Below, one piece after another: positions 61,191 to 64,000 of a DNA stretch of 64,000 nt. Both the position numbers and the translations under genes were made by a program. The notes below the pieces were generated by a model that saw only the letters and a list, made by a program, of their open reading frames with translations, ran no database searches and was not told the DNA's origin. Positions within the stretch are counted from its first letter, which is position 1. Each line of letters opens with the position of its first letter. Source of the stretch: an uncultured Thermoplasmata archaeon. GTDB taxonomy: Archaea > Thermoplasmatota > Thermoplasmata > RBG-16-68-12. The DNA is taken from contig CAVYJM010000006.1 of NCBI GenBank assembly GCA_963768855.1, positions 800,001 through 864,000 of the forward strand, in the 5' to 3' direction.

Positions 61191-61586
61191 TCAGCCGCCC
61201 GTTGTGACGAACTCTTCCTCCCGCCAGTGCCGGTACAGCTCCTCGATCTCGTACGGCGGAGCGTGGCAGGACAGGTACACGAGCTTCGTCCGGCCCGTGT
61301 TCCGGATCCCATGGACGCTCCCCGCCGGGAAGTACACCGCGGTATGGGCCCCGACGGCCTTCCCTCGGCCGCTTTTTCCGGAGGGGACCTCTCCGCGCCC
61401 CTCGAGGATGAAATACATCGATTCGACCGTGCGGTGCTCGTGGGGCGGCGTGCTGCCTCCGGGGCGGACCTCGACGAGGGTGATCATGAAGCGCCTCGAC
61501 CCGACGTTGTCAGGGTTGATGAGTTGGTACGACCGGCTCTTGTCTCCCTTTAGCGCCTTGGCCTTCCTCAGCTCGACGACCTTCAC
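61191..61586 (-). CDS. Cupin-domain protein
   Basis: PGGSTPPHEH..VESMYFILEGRG and FPAGSVHGIRNTG. Confidence 0.85.
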   Translation of the reverse strand: MKVVELRKAKALKGDKSRSYQLINPDNVGSRRFMITLVEVRPGGSTPPHEHRTVESMYFILEGRGEVPSGKSGRGKAVGAHTAVYFPAGSVHGIRNTGRTKLVYLSCHAPPYEIEELYRHWREEEFVTTGG

Positions 61587-61687
61587 GCAGCCACCGCCGA
61601 CGACAACCCGGAGGAGCCATTTTGAACTTTCTGTATTGTCGCGTCGTCCCGGAACCATTATATCGCCTCCGAATCGTGGTCGCGCGG

Positions 61688-62653
61688 ATGGCACGGGTCG
61701 AGGTCATCGCCTATTCTCCGACGGATTTCCTCGAGGAGACCGACGTAACGGTCGGTCACTGCCGCGAGCTCGTGGAGCGGTTCCCCGTCACCTGGGTCAA
61801 CATCGTCGACCCGGACGGTCGAACCCTCGCCGAGCTCGAGACCCTCTTCGGCTTCCATCCGCTGGCCCTCGAGGATTCCTCGAACACGGACCTCCCGCCC
61901 AAGGTCGAGACGTACGACGACGTGGTCTTCATCGTGGCCCGGACGATCGTCTGGGCGGAGGAGATCGAGACCGACCAGCTCTCCCTGTTCGTCGGGCCGC
62001 GGTTCGTCGTCACGATCCACGACAAGGCCTTCCCGCAGCTCGAGGACGTCCGCATCCGCCTCCGGAAGAAGAACCCCCGCCTCATCAAGGCGGCCGCCGA
62101 TTTCCTCGCGTACACGATTCTCGACGTGGTCGTCGACTCGTACTTCCCCCACCTCGACCGGTTCCAGGACATCCTGGACCGGCTGGAGGACCAGATCATC
62201 AAGAGCCCGAACGCCACCGCCATCGGCAAGATCCACGACATCCGCGTCGACCTGACCCTGATCCGCAACGCGCTGCGGCCGCAACGTGACATGTACGGGA
62301 CCCTGTACCGGACCGAGACGCCAACGTTCAAACGGGAGACGCGGAACTACCTCCGCGACGTCCAGGACCATATGATCCGCGTGCTGGACACCCTCGACAC
62401 GTACCGCGAGGTGTCGACGAGCCTCATGGAAGTCGGGGCGACCCTGCAGGCGAACCAGATGAACCAGGTGATCAAGGTCCTCACGGTCCTCTTCACGATC
62501 ACGATCCCGCTCACGATCGTCACGAGCGCGTTTGGCATGAACGTCGGGTTCCCGGGGTTCAACGCCCCGGAGGGGCTGTACTTCGCCCTCGGGCTCATGT
62601 TCGTCCCGACGATCGTCCTCACGTACTGGATGTGGCACAAGCGCTGGCTCTGA
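61688..62653 (+). CDS. corA: CorA family Mg/Co transporter
   Basis: TWVNI, FGFHPLALED, PKVE, YLRDVQDH, NQVIKVLT, FGMN; ttatat TATA at 61658. Confidence 0.92.
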   Translation: MARVEVIAYSPTDFLEETDVTVGHCRELVERFPVTWVNIVDPDGRTLAELETLFGFHPLALEDSSNTDLPPKVETYDDVVFIVARTIVWAEEIETDQLSLFVGPRFVVTIHDKAFPQLEDVRIRLRKKNPRLIKAAADFLAYTILDVVVDSYFPHLDRFQDILDRLEDQIIKSPNATAIGKIHDIRVDLTLIRNALRPQRDMYGTLYRTETPTFKRETRNYLRDVQDHMIRVLDTLDTYREVSTSLMEVGATLQANQMNQVIKVLTVLFTITIPLTIVTSAFGMNVGFPGFNAPEGLYFALGLMFVPTIVLTYWMWHKRWL

Positions 62654-62690
62654 ATTTCGGTAAGCCGAAATACTGCCGACTCGTTGTCCC

Positions 62691-63542
62691 GTGCGAGGGG
62701 ATCCGACGCCCTGGAAGTACACGGACGACTACTACCGTGAGTACACGCGGACGACCTGGAACGAGACCGCGGAACAGTGGACCCGCGTCATGCGGTTCCT
62801 CGAGCCGTACAGCTTCGACCTGATGAACAAGGCGGACGCCAAGGTCCGCGAGCGGATCCTGGATCTGGCCACGGGACCCGGAGAACCTGCGATGTCCCTC
62901 GCCCGCCTGGTCGGACCCGACGGGCACGTCACGGGCGTGGATCTCTCGGAAAAGATGATCGAGCTGGCCACACAGGTCGCGCGGGAGCGCCGTCTCGACA
63001 ACGCCGAGTTCCGCGTGATGGACGCGGAACATCTCGCGTTCCCGGATGAGAGCTTCGATGCGGTCGTGAGCCGGTTCGGATTCCAGATCTTCACGCAGCC
63101 CGAGGCCGTGGCGAAGGAGGCCTACCGGGTGCTGAAGCCGAACGGTCGGATCGCCCTGGCGGTGTGGAGCACGGCAGAGAGGGCCCCCGCCCTCCACGCC
63201 CTCATCGGCCCGATGCTCGAGCATGCCGAGCCGGACGAGACAGGCTACATCCCCACGCCCTACGAGCTGGGCGGCCCGGGAGAGATGGTTACGATGTTGA
63301 CCTCCGTCGGATTCCACGACCTCAAGGAGGAGCGCCGAAATCACCAGTGGGTCCTGGCGGACGAGAAGGAGTACCTGGACGCGATGCTGCACGGGACGCC
63401 GATGGGGCACTCGATCCGCGAGGAGGACCCGGCCACCCAGGAGAAGATCATCGCGAAGACCGTGCGGAACCTCCAGCCATGGCGCACGCGGCGAGGCTTC
63501 GAGATCCCCTGCGAGTGCGTCCTCGTGACGGGCCGGAAGTGA
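62691..63542 (+). CDS. Class I SAM-dependent methyltransferase (UbiE-like)
   Basis: ILDLATGPG, VTGVDLSEKMI, VMDAEHL.FPDESFDAV, RVLKPNG. Confidence 0.88.
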   Translation: MRGDPTPWKYTDDYYREYTRTTWNETAEQWTRVMRFLEPYSFDLMNKADAKVRERILDLATGPGEPAMSLARLVGPDGHVTGVDLSEKMIELATQVARERRLDNAEFRVMDAEHLAFPDESFDAVVSRFGFQIFTQPEAVAKEAYRVLKPNGRIALAVWSTAERAPALHALIGPMLEHAEPDETGYIPTPYELGGPGEMVTMLTSVGFHDLKEERRNHQWVLADEKEYLDAMLHGTPMGHSIREEDPATQEKIIAKTVRNLQPWRTRRGFEIPCECVLVTGRK

Positions 63543-63551
63543 ACGACGGCC

Positions 63552-64000
63552 CTACTGGGCGACGACCAGGTTCGGGACGCCCTCCGAGGACCAGCCGCGG
63601 TACCGGTAGAACTCATCCCGCAGGTGGTGCCACGTGTCCCAGCCGACCTGGACCTGCTTCCCGTTCACGGTGACCTCCTCCTCGATCAGGCGGACCGGGA
63701 GGGTGTCCTTCTCCTTCGTGTGCCCGCGCTCGATGTCAAGCCAGCGCTCGAGGTCCGTGATGCCGCGCCCGATGCGACGCATTTCTTCCTCGGTGATTTC
63801 CTTCTCGAGGACCGCCTTGTACGCCGCCGGGGATTCCGTGAACACCATCGGCGTCACAAGGGTGCAGATGCCCGTCGAGTCGATGACCGCCGTCTCGTCG
63901 ATGAGGTCGGAGACCATCTTCGCCTTCCCCTGGGGGCCGACTCGCGCCTCGAGGCTCATCCCCAGTTCGACGTACACGGTCCAGCCCTTGTTGTGGCATC
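63552..64000 (-). CDS. Aldehyde:ferredoxin oxidoreductase (tungstopterin) family, C-terminal part (runs off the window)
   Basis: ...CHNKG, DSTGICTL, IG.GI..LER, DTLP.RL, FY..RGW..EGVP. Confidence 0.8.
   Translation of the reverse strand, partial: CHNKGWTVYVELGMSLEARVGPQGKAKMVSDLIDETAVIDSTGICTLVTPMVFTESPAAYKAVLEKEITEEEMRRIGRGITDLERWLDIERGHTKEKDTLPVRLIEEEVTVNGKQVQVGWDTWHHLRDEFYRYRGWSSEGVPNLVVAQ

Noticed and set aside
1-64000. CRISPR array, cas genes, transposases, integrases, rRNA
   Set aside because: No regularly spaced repeats, terminal inverted repeats or recognisable motifs found by eye
1-64000. Selenocysteine or pyrrolysine read-through, inteins, tRNA introns
   Set aside because: All recognised proteins are full length at their first stop with no unexplained insertions; the tRNA is uninterrupted

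Overview
A GC-rich, densely coding archaeal chromosomal segment. Archaeal origin is supported by RNA polymerase subunit Rpo11, an archaeal HMG-CoA synthase/thiolase/DUF35 cluster, an archaeal-type tRNA-Pro(CGG) without encoded CCA, and TATA-like boxes about 25-30 nt upstream of many starts. The gene content suggests a high-GC soil/sediment Thermoplasmatota lineage (inference). About 65 CDS cover acyl-CoA catabolism, isoprenoid precursor synthesis, nucleic acid processing, transport, and Mo/W/Cu/flavin redox enzymes. No CRISPR array, rRNA, transposase or integrase was seen. Most long overlapping ORFs in the track are antisense or shadow frames. The strongest leads come from active-site residues: (1) an eight-kb, translationally coupled operon with a family-5 ABC importer, a DUF917 protein and an M29-fold protein whose metal site looks like the ring-cleaving dioxygenase NicX rather than a peptidase; (2) a mevalonate-cluster thiolase with all three catalytic motifs altered while HMG-CoA synthase is intact; (3) an MmgE/PrpD plus ComA-like plus ferredoxin-reductase-like operon in which the ComA homologue lacks the canonical catalytic Lys; (4) a membrane-anchored three-cupredoxin-domain NirK flanked by a Cys-rich regulator and a hemerythrin-like protein; (5) a metal-ligand-free M29 pseudopeptidase; (6) a polytopic sulfite-oxidase-family enzyme with an internal twin-arginine motif. 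All family assignments are by motif recognition from memory. No database search was run.
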